35,352 nucleotides of DNA from Octopus sinensis. Taxonomy: Eukaryota. A program made the position numbers and the translations under genes. The notes below the pieces were generated by a model. That model was not told the origin of the DNA and ran no database searches. It saw only the letters and a program-made list of their open reading frames with translations. The stretch spans positions 1 through 35,352 of the forward strand of contig NW_021828084.1 in NCBI RefSeq assembly GCF_006345805.1, in the 5' to 3' direction. Position 1 is the stretch's first letter. Each line of letters begins with the position of its first letter. Shown piece after piece: positions 9,345-20,003 of the stretch.

Positions 9345-9515
9345 GGCGCAGGAGTGGCTGTGTGGTAAATAGCTTGCTAACCAACCACATGGTTCCGGGT
9401 TCAGTCCCACTGCGTGGCATCTTGGGCAAGTGTCTTCTGCTATAGCCCCGGGCCGACCAATGCCTTGTGAGTGGCTTTGGTAGACAGAAACTGAAAGAAG
9501 CCTGTCGTATATATG

Positions 9516-9546
<31 letters not shown>

Positions 9547-9753
9547 GTGTTTGTGTGTGTGTGTTTGTCCCTCTAGCATTGCTTGACAACCGATGCTGGT
9601 GTGTTTAAGTCCCCGTCACATAGCGGTTCGGCAAAAGAGACCGATAGAATAAGTACTGGGCTTACAAAGAATAAGTCCCGGGGTCGATTTGCTCGACTAA
9701 AGGCGGTGCTCCAGCATGGCCGCAGTCAAATGACGGAAACAAGTAAAAGAGTA
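9345..9753 (+). mobile_element. Full-length tRNA-derived SINE, family A (internal TA/TG microsatellite)
   Basis: A-box-like GTGGCTGTGTGG and B-box-like GGTTCAGTCCC, then body, internal (TA)(TG)n, and 3' block GACAACCGATGCTGG...CAGCATGGCCGCAGTCAAATGAC. Many copies in the window. Confidence 0.9.
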
Positions 9754-10732
9754 TATAATAGGTGGTTTTAGACATCGAATGTCGCTGAGAGTCGCCAAAC
9801 CTGAGTAAAATAGACATCAAAGGGGTCAAAAGGGGGCAAAATGGTTGAGAACCATTGGTTTAGAGCAATCAAATGTTTGCGCTTTACATTAGGTCGCCCT
9901 CTCCATCAAATCGTAGTGGTTGCAAAGCAACGGGAAGATGAAGTGTTTTGTTCAAGAATACAATGCATCGCCTCGTCCAGGGATCGAAAGTACAGTCTTG
10001 CAATTGTGAGTGTGACATTCTAACCACTGGACCACGCGCCTTCCCTAATAGTAATATTGCAAGCGGTTAAAATAGCTGATTGGGTAGACTGATGAATTTG
10101 GGTGACCGGATGGAGGGAAGAGAAATTGAAGGTCTAATGAGGGCCCCACCACACGGTTACCTGATATGCTAGAAATAATAACCTAATTCCCTCCAATCAC
10201 TTAACTGTTTCAGAAGAACACGCTATACAAAGTCATGTTAAGTATACAAAAAGATAGTACGGTCAAGGTTGATCTGGAGGTTGACAACAACAAATAATCG
10301 GTGGTTCGCATCATTTTCTCTCAAACTGCTCAGTATGCCTAGCTGTAAATAGGTACAACAGTGTACATCTATCCTCTTTTGTCACCGATTCATTCACCTC
10401 AGTCCGGGATGATTGATCTGTAATAACACGTGTTGGCGATCAGTCAAAGATTCTGCCTGGACCGCAAAAGCACGCCCCAGCGACCATCCACAATGCTCAG
10501 GACAACTTGGAGTCTCGGAGTGAAACCTGTTTCCCTCACGTTCTGTTATCCGTTTAACACTGCTTCATTTAACACGGTGTTTTGGGGGGAAAACCAAAAC
10601 ACCCGTGGTAAATGAAGACAGATGTTTTCGCTTAGGTTTAGCCAACAGAAAACAATGGAATAGAATAGACTAGAATAGAATAGAATAAGAAAAAACGAAT
10701 AAGAAAATAGAATAACAGAATAACGAACTTAC

Positions 10733-10836
10733 CTTGTTCCTTGTCTCTTTGTCTTATCAAGAACATTCCTGATGTGGTCTCTTTTGCTAATAATAGCATT
10801 TCGGCGTCCTTACGGTTTATGTTACCGAAGAACCAT
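10733..10836 (-). CDS. Src-family kinase exon 4 (SH2 N-half)
   Basis: Reads WFFGNINRKDAEMLLLAKETTSGMFLIRQRDKEQ(G). Acceptor ttttctgttggacAG, donor CAAG|GTAAGT. 104 nt, phase 2 to 1. Confidence 0.97.
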
Positions 10837-10989
10837 CTGTCCAACAGAAAACATAGAGATAGATAGATAGATAGACAGACAGATAGATAGATAGATAGAT
10901 AGAGAGAAAGGGAGGGAGAGAACGAAAGAGAGAGAGAGATGAAAAATACAAAAGCGAACGGAAACCGAATAAAAATAATGTTTGTTAAT

Positions 10990-11320
10990 ATTCAAAGTGC
11001 CACGGTCCGTCTCCTCCTCCTCCCCTCCTCCGCCTCCCCCTCCTTCCTCCTCCCCCTTCTCCTCACTCTCCCCTCCCCTCCTCATCTCCCCCACCTCGTT
11101 CCTCCTCACCCCTCCTTCTCCCTCTCATCCTCCCATCCCCTGCTCCTCTGCTCCCTCCCTCCTCCACTTCCATGCTCCCCCCTTCCCCACTCCCCCTTCC
11201 CCACTCCCCCTCCACATTACCCCTCCTCTCTCCTCTCCCCCCCCCCTCTCATCCTCCCTCTCATCCCCCTCCTCCTCCACTTCCATCCTCCCCTCCCCCC
11301 CCAATCCATCTTCCCTTACT
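10990..11320. repeat. C/T-rich low-complexity tract (G-rich on the transcribed minus strand)
   Basis: Runs of CCT, CCCC and CTCC almost devoid of G on the plus strand. Confidence 0.92.
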
Positions 11321-11767
11321 TTGGGTCTCTCCATCTCCTTACTCTGAATCATCCAACTTGCTAATTTGGTTCTTCCAATTCCTTCCCCTGGATCTTTCAA
11401 TTCTCTTTTCGATTCTCTTTTCTCCCTACTATGGATCTCCTTACTCCACGGCCCTCCCACCACCTTTTGTCTGGATTTTCCACCTCTTTATTCTGGATCT
11501 TTCCATTTCCATATCCTGGATCTCCTAATTTCTTTGGTCTAAATCCCTCAATTTCCCTTTGGATTTTCCTTCTCCCTACTCTAGACCACTTCATTTCCAT
11601 ATTCTGGGTCTCTCCATTATCTCTTTATTCTAGATGCTTAACTTCTTATCTCTACCATCTTCATACCCTGATTTTAAATCACCCCATCCTGGACATCCTA
11701 ATATCTTTACTTTCGATTTCGCCCTTTCCATATTCCAGATATTCCTATCTTTTTTTCTCAGGATTTT

Positions 11768-12748
11768 CCCATTTTCATCTTCCATATTATCCCCTCTTCT
11801 TACTTCATATCTCTGGATCGCTCTAGATACCCCCATTTCATTCTGGATCACTCTTCCCCATTTTCATCTTCCATATTATCCCCTCTTCTTATTTCATATC
11901 TCTGGATCGCTCTAGATACCCCCGTTTCATTCTGGATCACTCTTCCCCATTTTCATCTTCCATATTATCCCCTCTTCTTATTTCATATCTCTGGATCGCT
12001 CTAGATACCCCCGTTTCATTCTGGATCACTCTTCCCCATTTTCATCTTCCAGATTATCCCCTCTTCTTATTTCATATCTCTGGATCGCTCTAGATACCCC
12101 CGTTTCATTCTGGATCACTCTCCCCATTTTCATCTTCCAGATTATTCCCCTCTTCTTATTTCATATCTCGATCGCTCTAGATACCCCCGTTTCATTCTGG
12201 ATCACTCTTCCCCATTTTCAACTTCCATATTATCCCCTCTTCTTATTTCATATCTCTGGATCGCTCTAGATACCCCCATTTCATTCTGGATCACTCTTCC
12301 CCATTTTCATCTTCCAGATTATCCCCTCTTCTTACTTCATATCTCTGGATCGCTCTAGATACCCCCATTTCATTCTGGATCACTCTTCCCCATTTTCATC
12401 TTCCAGATTATCCCCTCTTCTTATTTCATATCTCTGGATCGCTCTAGATACCCCCGTTTCATTCTGGATCACTCTTCCCCATTTTCATCTTCCATATTAT
12501 CCCCTCTTCTTATTTCATATCTCTGGATCGCTCTAGATACCCCCGTTTCATTCTGGATCACTCTTCCCCATTTTCATCTTCCAGATTATCCCCTCTTCTT
12601 ATTTCATATCTCTGGATCGCTCTAGATACCCCCGTTTCATTCTGGATCACTCTTCCCCATTTTCATCTTCCAGATTATCCCCTCTTCTTACTTCATATCT
12701 CTGGATCGCTCTAGATACCCCCGTTTCATTCTGGATCACTCTTCCCCT
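11768..12748. repeat. 89-bp minisatellite, about 11 copies
   Basis: CTCTAGATAC recurs at 11821, 11910, 11999, 12088 ... 12709. Confidence 0.95.
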
Positions 12749-12920
12749 TACTCTGTTCCACTCCAGATCCATACTCTTGATCATTCCCTCTTACTCCTGT
12801 TATCTCCATCTCATTACACTGGATAACCTACAGTCTTCACTCTAAATCATCACATTTTCCTTCTTTAAGATCGTTCCATTTCTTTTCTCTGGATCAAATC
12901 CAACTTTATTTCCCCCTTTA

Positions 12921-13369
12921 TAATTGTATTGTATTGGCATCCTTTCTGTCTCAGGAGACAATGGAGTTGCGCATGAAGTAGTCTAGTCCGGCTTTTGTAT
13001 TTCATGTCCTGATACATTTCCTGCTGTGGCTGTGTAGTCCTATCCTGGACAAACACTCCCTCTGGCAGGTACCGCAAATGTAGCGAAGACTGTTCCTGGC
13101 TGGTTGTAGGCCATAGTCTTTTGTTTACGTTCTTTCCTTTCTTTCCATTTTCTCAGCTCTTCTCTCTGTCACTCCTTTGTATTCCCTCTTTACGCTACGT
13201 CGCCATTCTCCACGGTTGCCGGCAACTGCCTCCCAACCGCTAATATTGATGTTGCAGGCCTTCATGTCCCTTTTGCAAACATCCTTGTAACGTAAGATCG
13301 GTCTACCCACAGACCTAGTACCCATAGCAAGCTCTCCGTAGAGTATGTCCTTGGGGATTCTGCCACTCC
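12921..13369 (-). mobile_element. RTE-clade LINE 3' fragment
   Basis: Reads RIPKDILYGELAMGTRSVGRPILRYKDVCKRDMK..WE..A..R..WR, then C..C...CLSRIGLHSH.RKC. The 3' end is GTCTCCTGAGACAGAAAGGATGCC plus an (AATAC)n tail. Confidence 0.9.
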
Positions 13370-13552
13370 ATAATAATAACCCCCACAAAAACAAACAAAT
13401 CATCACATTTTCCTTCTTTAAGATCGTTCCATTTCTTTTCTCTGGATCAAATCCAACTTTCTCTCCCCATAATAATAACCCCCACAAAAACAAACAAACA
13501 AACAAAACAAACATGTAAACGAAATAGAAAATATGAAACTGTTTTGACTTAC

Positions 13553-13651
13553 GGTTTGGTATCCAAGGAGTCGGCGATGGTAACATAATTGTAAGGAACA
13601 TATCCTTCTTCTCCTGTCGTACTGTGGCGTACATACCACCATTCCGAGTCG
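13553..13651 (-). CDS. Src-family kinase exon 3 (SH3 C-half)
   Basis: Reads (S)DSEWWYVRHSTTGEEGYVPYNYVTIADSLDTK(P). Acceptor cttcgcaatccAG, donor CC|GTAAGT. 99 nt, phase 2 to 2. WW and GY.P.NYV motifs present. Not visible in the ORF track. Confidence 0.97.
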
Positions 13652-13726
13652 CTGGATTGCGAAGAAGAAGAAAAGAACAGTCGTTAGCTTACATTGGTAA
13701 TCGTTTTATTATTTCGTATATTTTCA

Positions 13727-14119
13727 CTAGCAGTATCGCCCGGCGTTGCTCGGGTTTGTAAGGGAAATAACTATACAGCATTTTTAGAGAGTTATAGCCA
13801 AAAAATAGCAAAAAAATGCATTAAAAATGGAAAAAATATGATGATAAATTTTTTTTTAAATCGTTGACTCATCGTAGACATTTTTAGAGAGTTACTTCCC
13901 TTTAAAAAAAATGCATGAAAATGGAAAAAAATGATGGTAAATTATTTTTAAAATCGTAGACTCATCGTAGACGCGCACTAATACCCAGACGGGTTCGATA
14001 TGAATCACGACTATAAGATACCCGGTTTTGGTTAAACTGCACCGCAAAATGTGGGAGTAGTTAGGAATCTAAATCGAAGGGGACAGACACTCACACAACT
14101 ACAGTTTTATATATATAGA
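13727..14119 (-). mobile_element. Non-autonomous Helitron (393 bp)
   Basis: On the minus strand: starts A|TC, has a subterminal hairpin CCCGAGCAACGCCGGG (13754-13739), and ends CTAG|T. Internal tandem duplication of about 95 bp (13779-13971). Confidence 0.8.
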
Positions 14120-14343
14120 TTAGTCTTGCTTAGTTTTACATTTTGGTTTTTTGCTGAGATTTTTCTTGAGATCACATTCTTCGTGGTAATGGCGATTTGA
14201 CGTCTATGTTTAGCATATAGGCTGTCCACTTTTAGTGGTCAGTCCTCTAAATTTTGTATGTAAAGCAATTTTTTATCTTCGGATTTTTTAAAAAATAACA
14301 AAGCCACTGGTTTTTAATTGATTATTATCAATTTCTACCCTTA

Positions 14344-14392
<49 letters not shown>

Positions 14393-14446
14393 ATATATAT
14401 TAATATATATATATAATATGATGTATGTATGTATATACTTAGATAC

Positions 14447-14477
<31 letters not shown>

Positions 14478-14480
14478 ATA

Positions 14481-14511
<31 letters not shown>

Positions 14512-14638
14512 TATACATATATATAATACATCAGGAAAAAAGTACCAAAAGCATTCACAATAAGTACAGGACGTCACCAACGAGTGAAAAATACGTAACA
14601 ACGAGAGAAAAGTAAGGAGAAAAAAGTATCCATATTTA

Positions 14639-14682
<44 letters not shown>

Positions 14683-14690
14683 ATATATTA

Positions 14691-14880
14691 AAGGGAAAGT
14701 TTACGAAAATAAACAAAAGACAAGGCAGGTGGAGTACAAACAAACAAATGTATTAGTATAGCGCTCAGGAATAGAAATAGAAAAAGTCTTTCACGTTTCG
14801 TCGACCTATGCTCTTCGACAGAAAGATACACAGAAAAAAGCAAGGAGAGAAACAAGGAGAGAAAAAATGCTGTAGGAGCT
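14691..14880 (-). mobile_element. Copy of the 5384-5590 repeat family
   Basis: Shares AGTTTACGAAAATAAAC..CAGGTGGAGTACAAACAAAC..GTATTAGTAT..GCTCAGGAA..GTCTTTCACGTTTCG..GCTCTTCGACAGAAAG with the other copies. Confidence 0.75.
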
Positions 14881-14918
14881 ATGTATGTATGTATATATAT
14901 ATATATATATTACATATA

Positions 14919-14960
<42 letters not shown>

Positions 14961-15231
14961 TATATATATATCTATATATATATATATATATATATATATA
15001 ATCTGTGTTGTAATACATTCGAGGCTTTCTTCCAAGGAATCTAATGCGCTTGGCTTAGATTTCCCTTGGGGGCTGCCCAGATCGGAGCAATCTCAAGATT
15101 AATCAGCCGAAATTGCGAAGATGATCCGTTTCTTGACTGATGATTGAGGGCTTCGAATGTCCCGTCCTTGGTTTTTTTTGTGTCGTCTTCTAAATGTTTC
15201 ACGTTCTTGTCCCAGTTTGTATATTTTTTTA

Positions 15232-15267
<36 letters not shown>

Positions 15268-15287
15268 TATATATATATATATATATT

Positions 15288-15438
15288 TCCGTTAGAACTC
15301 TTTAAAAGTCATTTAAGGGCTTCCTGTCCAGAAGGCCAAGAAGAAGGAAAGCAATCACAACAGCAGCAAACTACAGAGGCTGTTACTTCTAAGGCGGGAT
15401 CAAGTGCAACTCTGGAGATGTCACAGAGAGACAGAGAG

Positions 15439-15505
<67 letters not shown>

Positions 15506-15512
15506 CAGATAG

Positions 15513-15543
<31 letters not shown>

Positions 15544-16025
15544 TAGGGAGAGAGAGAGAGAGAGTGTGTGTGCGTGTGTTATTTTCTTCTTTTTCTATAA
15601 AACATGATTCTTATAATGCTGGTACCTTTACAAATGCATAAACCAAGCATGTATGTCATGATTGATTATATAGCAAGATTTGGTTTAAATTGGACAGTTA
15701 GAAGCAATGTAATTATTTGTTTTTGCCTACTTTCTACAAACTGAACATAATATGTAGCCTACGTTTCGAAATCTGCTCCAATATCTTTTACTCTCTTACT
15801 TGTTTCAGCCATGTGACTTTGGCCATGCTGGAGCACCGCCTTTTAGTCGAGCAAATCGACCCCCAGCTCTTTATTCTTTGTAAGCCCAGTACTTATTCTA
15901 TCAGGCTCTTTTGCCGAACCGCTAAGTTACGGGGACGTAAACGCACCAGCATCGGTTGTCAAGCGATGTGGGGGGGGGGGGGCGGAGAAGGTCGACAAAC
16001 ACAGACACACAATCATATACACACA

Positions 16026-16122
<97 letters not shown>

Positions 16123-16158
16123 ATATATATATATATTATATATATATATATAATATTA

Positions 16159-16200
<42 letters not shown>

Positions 16201-16354
16201 GGTAGAACTCTTTAAAAGTCATTTAAGGGCTTCCTGTCCAGAATGCCAAGAAGAAGGAAAGCAATCACAACAGCAGCAAACTACAGAGGCTGTTACTTCT
16301 AAGGCGGGATCAAGTGCAACTCTGGAGATGTCACAGAGACAGAGAGAAAGAACA

Positions 16355-16389
<35 letters not shown>

Positions 16390-16409
16390 AGATAGATAGA
16401 TAGAGAGAG

Positions 16410-16440
<31 letters not shown>

Positions 16441-16958
16441 CAGATAGATAGATAGATAGATAGATAGAGAGAGAGATAGGGAGAGAGAGAGAGAGAGTGT
16501 GTGTGCGTGTGTTATTTTCTTCTTTTTCTATAAAACATGATTCTTATAATGCTGGTACCTTTACAAATGCATAAACCAAGCATGTATGTCATGATTGATT
16601 ATATAGCAAGATTTGGTTTAAATTGGACAGTTAGAAGCAATGTAATTATTTGTTTTTGCCTAGCTTCTACAAACTGAACATAATATGTAGCCTACGTTTC
16701 GAAATCTGCTCCAATATCTTTTACTCTCTTACTTGTTTCAGCCATGTGACTTTGGCCATGCTGGAGCACCGCCTTTTAGTCGAGCAAATCGACCCCCAGC
16801 TCTTTATTCTTTGTAAGCCCAGTACTTATTCTATCAGGCTCTTTTGCCGAACCGCTAAGTTACGGGGACGTAAACGCACCAGCATCGGTTGTCAAGCGAT
16901 GTGGGGGGGGGGGGGCGGAGAAGGTCGACAAACACAGACACACAATCATATACACACA

Positions 16959-16992
<34 letters not shown>
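15288..16992. repeat. About 910-bp tandem duplication (15288-16030 and 16198-16963), each copy containing a family A SINE 3' half
   Basis: Both copies start TCCG(T/G)TAGAACTCTTTAAAAGTC and end ACACACGCAT. They are nearly identical and separated and bounded by (TA)n. Confidence 0.95.
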
Positions 16993-16995
<3 letters not shown>

Positions 16996-16996
16996 A

Positions 16997-17225
16997 AGGC
17001 GAACTGGCAGAAACGTTAGCACGCCGGGCGAAATGCTAAGCGGTATTTCGTCTGCCGCTACGTTCTGAGTTCAAATTCCGCCGAGGCCGACTTTGCCTTT
17101 CATCCTTTCGGGGTCGATTAAATAAGTACCAGTTACGCACTGGGGTCGATGTAATCGACTTAATCCCTTTGTCTGTCCTTGTTTGTCCCCTCTATGTTTA
17201 GCCCCTTGTGGATAGTAAAGAAATA
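16997..17225 (+). mobile_element. tRNA-derived SINE with Meta-domain-like core (3' piece also at 26900-26982)
   Basis: GAGTTCAAATTCCGCCGAGGCCGACTTTGCCTTTCATCCTTTCGGGGTCGATTAAATAAGTACCAG. The Meta-domain name is from recollection of the MetaSINE consensus and is unverified. Confidence 0.75.
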
Positions 17226-17250
17226 TATATATATATATATATACATATAT

Positions 17251-17417
17251 ACGATAGGCTTCTTTCAGTTTCCGTCTGCCAAATCCACTCACAAGGCTTT
17301 GGTCGGCCCGAGACTATAGTAGAAGACACCTGCCCAAGGTGCCACGCAGTGGGACTGAACCTGGAACCATGTGGTTCGTAAGCGAGCTACTTACCACACA
17401 CAGCCACTCCTACGCCT
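17251..17417 (-). mobile_element. Family A SINE 5' half
   Basis: GGCTTCTTTCAGTTTCCGTC..CACGCAGTGGGACTGAACC..ACACAGCCACTCC block. Confidence 0.88.
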
Positions 17418-17587
17418 GGGGTCAAAGGATTGATTTAATTTTATCTTCTCTCGCAATCAAAGCATCTTTCGGGCTTAACTTAGAGTCCTTGGCTTGTAAG
17501 TCTTTGCAAAGAGTTTCCTTGTCCCCTTCCTCAACCGCTTCCCCTTTTCCCTTTCTTTTTGAGTGTTGTCATATTACTCTTACTCTT

Positions 17588-17993
17588 TACTCTTTTACTT
17601 GTTTCAGTCATTTGACTGCGGCCATGCTGGAGCACCGCCTTTAGTCGAGCAAATCGACCCCGGGACTTATTCTTTGTAAGCCCAGTACTTATTCTATCGG
17701 TCTCTTTTGCCGAACCGCTAAGTGACGGGGACGTAAACACACCAGCATCGGTTGTCAAGCAAAGCTAGGGGGACAAACACAGACACACAAACATACACAC
17801 ACACACACATACATATACATATATACATACATAAGACAGGCTTCTTTCAGTTTCCGTCTACCAAATCCACTCACAAGGCATTGGTCGGCCCGGGGCTATA
17901 GCAGAAGACACTTGCCCAAGATGCCACGCAGTGGGACTGAACCCGGAACCATGTGGTTGGTTAGCAAGCTACTTACCACACAGCCACTCCTGC
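17588..17993 (-). mobile_element. Full-length family A SINE, near-identical to 9345-9753
   Basis: Its reverse complement matches the 9345 copy with only a few substitutions outside the microsatellite. Confidence 0.92.
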
Positions 17994-18051
17994 TCGTTAT
18001 TTTAAAGGATGGAAGATAAGATTGTTAGGGGCCAAAAAAAAGGGGATTTAC

Positions 18052-18163
18052 CTTTTGTCGATCACGATCATCTGGTCGTTCTTCTGGAAGCTGAGTTCAT
18101 TGTTTCGTCCTGTGTAGTCGTAGAGTCCAATGAGGACATCACATCCCGCATTATTTGCAGTCT
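18052..18163 (-). CDS. Src-family kinase exon 2 (SH3 N-half)
   Basis: Reads (E)TANNAGCDVLIGLYDYTGRNNELSFQKNDQMIVIDK. Acceptor ttattcgacAG, donor AAAG|GTAAAT. 112 nt, phase 1 to 2. Matches the ALYDY..LSF.K SH3 motif. Confidence 0.93.
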
Positions 18164-18170
18164 CTGTCGA

Positions 18171-18677
<507 letters not shown>

Positions 18678-19017
18678 CATTGATATGACTGTCCCAATCG
18701 ATATAAACGTATCTGTCAAGACCTACCAAAAACTGAGCAAATATAAAGATCTTGAAATAGAAATCAGCAAAATGTGGAACCTGAAGACTAAAATAATACC
18801 TGTTGTCATAGGTGCCCTGGGAATCATAGCAAAAAGGGCTGATTGCTACCTAGCTCAGATACCAGGAAACCCCAAAATGACAGAAATTCAAAAGATAGTG
18901 CTCATGGGAACTGCCCTTGTCCTACTAAAATACTTTCTAGGTAATCTCAAGTTTTAAAACAAACATAATTTTCCTATGCTTTCTTAGACATTTACTAGTA
19001 CAAAAGTCAAACATAGG

Positions 19018-19018
<1 letters not shown>
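18678..19018 (+). mobile_element. 5'-truncated R4/Dong-like LINE (endonuclease C-terminus and short 3'UTR) inside a (TAA)n array
   Basis: Reads IDMTVPIDINVSVKTYQKLSKYKDLEIEISKMWNLKTKIIPVVIGALG, homologous to 26070-26215. (TAA)n on both sides. Confidence 0.9.
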
Positions 19019-19064
<46 letters not shown>

Positions 19065-19074
19065 CATAATAATA

Positions 19075-19111
<37 letters not shown>

Positions 19112-19112
<1 letters not shown>

Positions 19113-19632
19113 TGCCCTGATGCAGTACCAGGCAGCGGCTCTCATGGCTTCTGATCTTAACTGATTGGAAGTGTTATCATGTACATTATTTTGTCTTGGT
19201 ATAAAAGATGGGCTACACCAAATATTCTGCTCAATACCACAGATTTGCTTGTCAGTTATTTCACCTTAACCAGTTGAGCATGTCCCTTAGTGGCTGACGA
19301 TATGTGCATCTCTGATCACAAGCAGAAGTAGTGGGGGAGCATCATAGCCATGTGTTGAGAGGGATTCTTTGGGGTTTCAACATCCTTAAACAACCCTTAT
19401 TCAGGGACCTTTTGAGCGGGATGGGCTACTCAACCTGAAGAAAATTCTAACTGGGCCCCACCTGCAAGGTCATGTGCTGTTTATCTTGATATGAGATCAC
19501 CATGTCGCGCACATATGGTTGTAATGCATGTGTCTGGTGTACCCTTATCAGACGGGTAGTCATGATGGGTATATTGGGCTTCGTATATTTTACCCCAGTG
19601 TCACTTTGATGCTATGAACTGCTCTCTCACTC
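19112..19632. mobile_element. Unclassified 521-bp interspersed repeat flanked by (TAA)n; partial copies at 26639-26904 (same strand) and 2048-2171 (opposite strand)
   Basis: Shared ATGCCCTGAT..GCTTCTGATCTTAA.TGATTGGAAGTGTTATCATGTAC..GATGGG..AATATTCTGCTCAATACCACAGATTTGCTTGTCAG blocks. Confidence 0.8.
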
Positions 19633-19682
<50 letters not shown>

Positions 19683-20003
19683 GATAACAGATAATAATAA
19701 ATAAGATAACAGATTCAGCTCCGGGCTGAATAACAACATCAATGTTCCCTTTCAGCCTCTCTCCAAAAAACGAATTTAATCCAACATCGTTACAATGGAA
19801 GAAAGGTTCCACAAAATATCTTTTCCAAATTTTCTTTTAAGGCAAAGTAACTAAAAAGTCCGAACTATTATTGCCATATATAGTATGGTTTTCTTTCTTT
19901 TATGCACAATATTTCCATGTGACATGCATAAGAAATAGAAGCGAACATCAGAGCTCTTGAAAGACAGTAAGTACATAATTGATTAATAATTAATTAATTA
20001 AAT

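Noticed and set aside
10089-10140. CTGATGA as a hammerhead core
   Set aside because: No matching stem II, GAAA and stem I arrangement found.
10939-11528. Pro-rich and Gly/Glu-rich ORFs
   Set aside because: Translations of a C/T low-complexity tract.
15137-15165. CTGATGA followed by CGAATGTC as a hammerhead
   Set aside because: GAAT instead of GAAA, and no convincing stem I or stem II pairing.
9583-17758. Recurrent similar ORFs (9583/17531, 15717/16650, 9271/17339)
   Set aside because: They come from SINE copies and the tandem duplication, not from a gene family.
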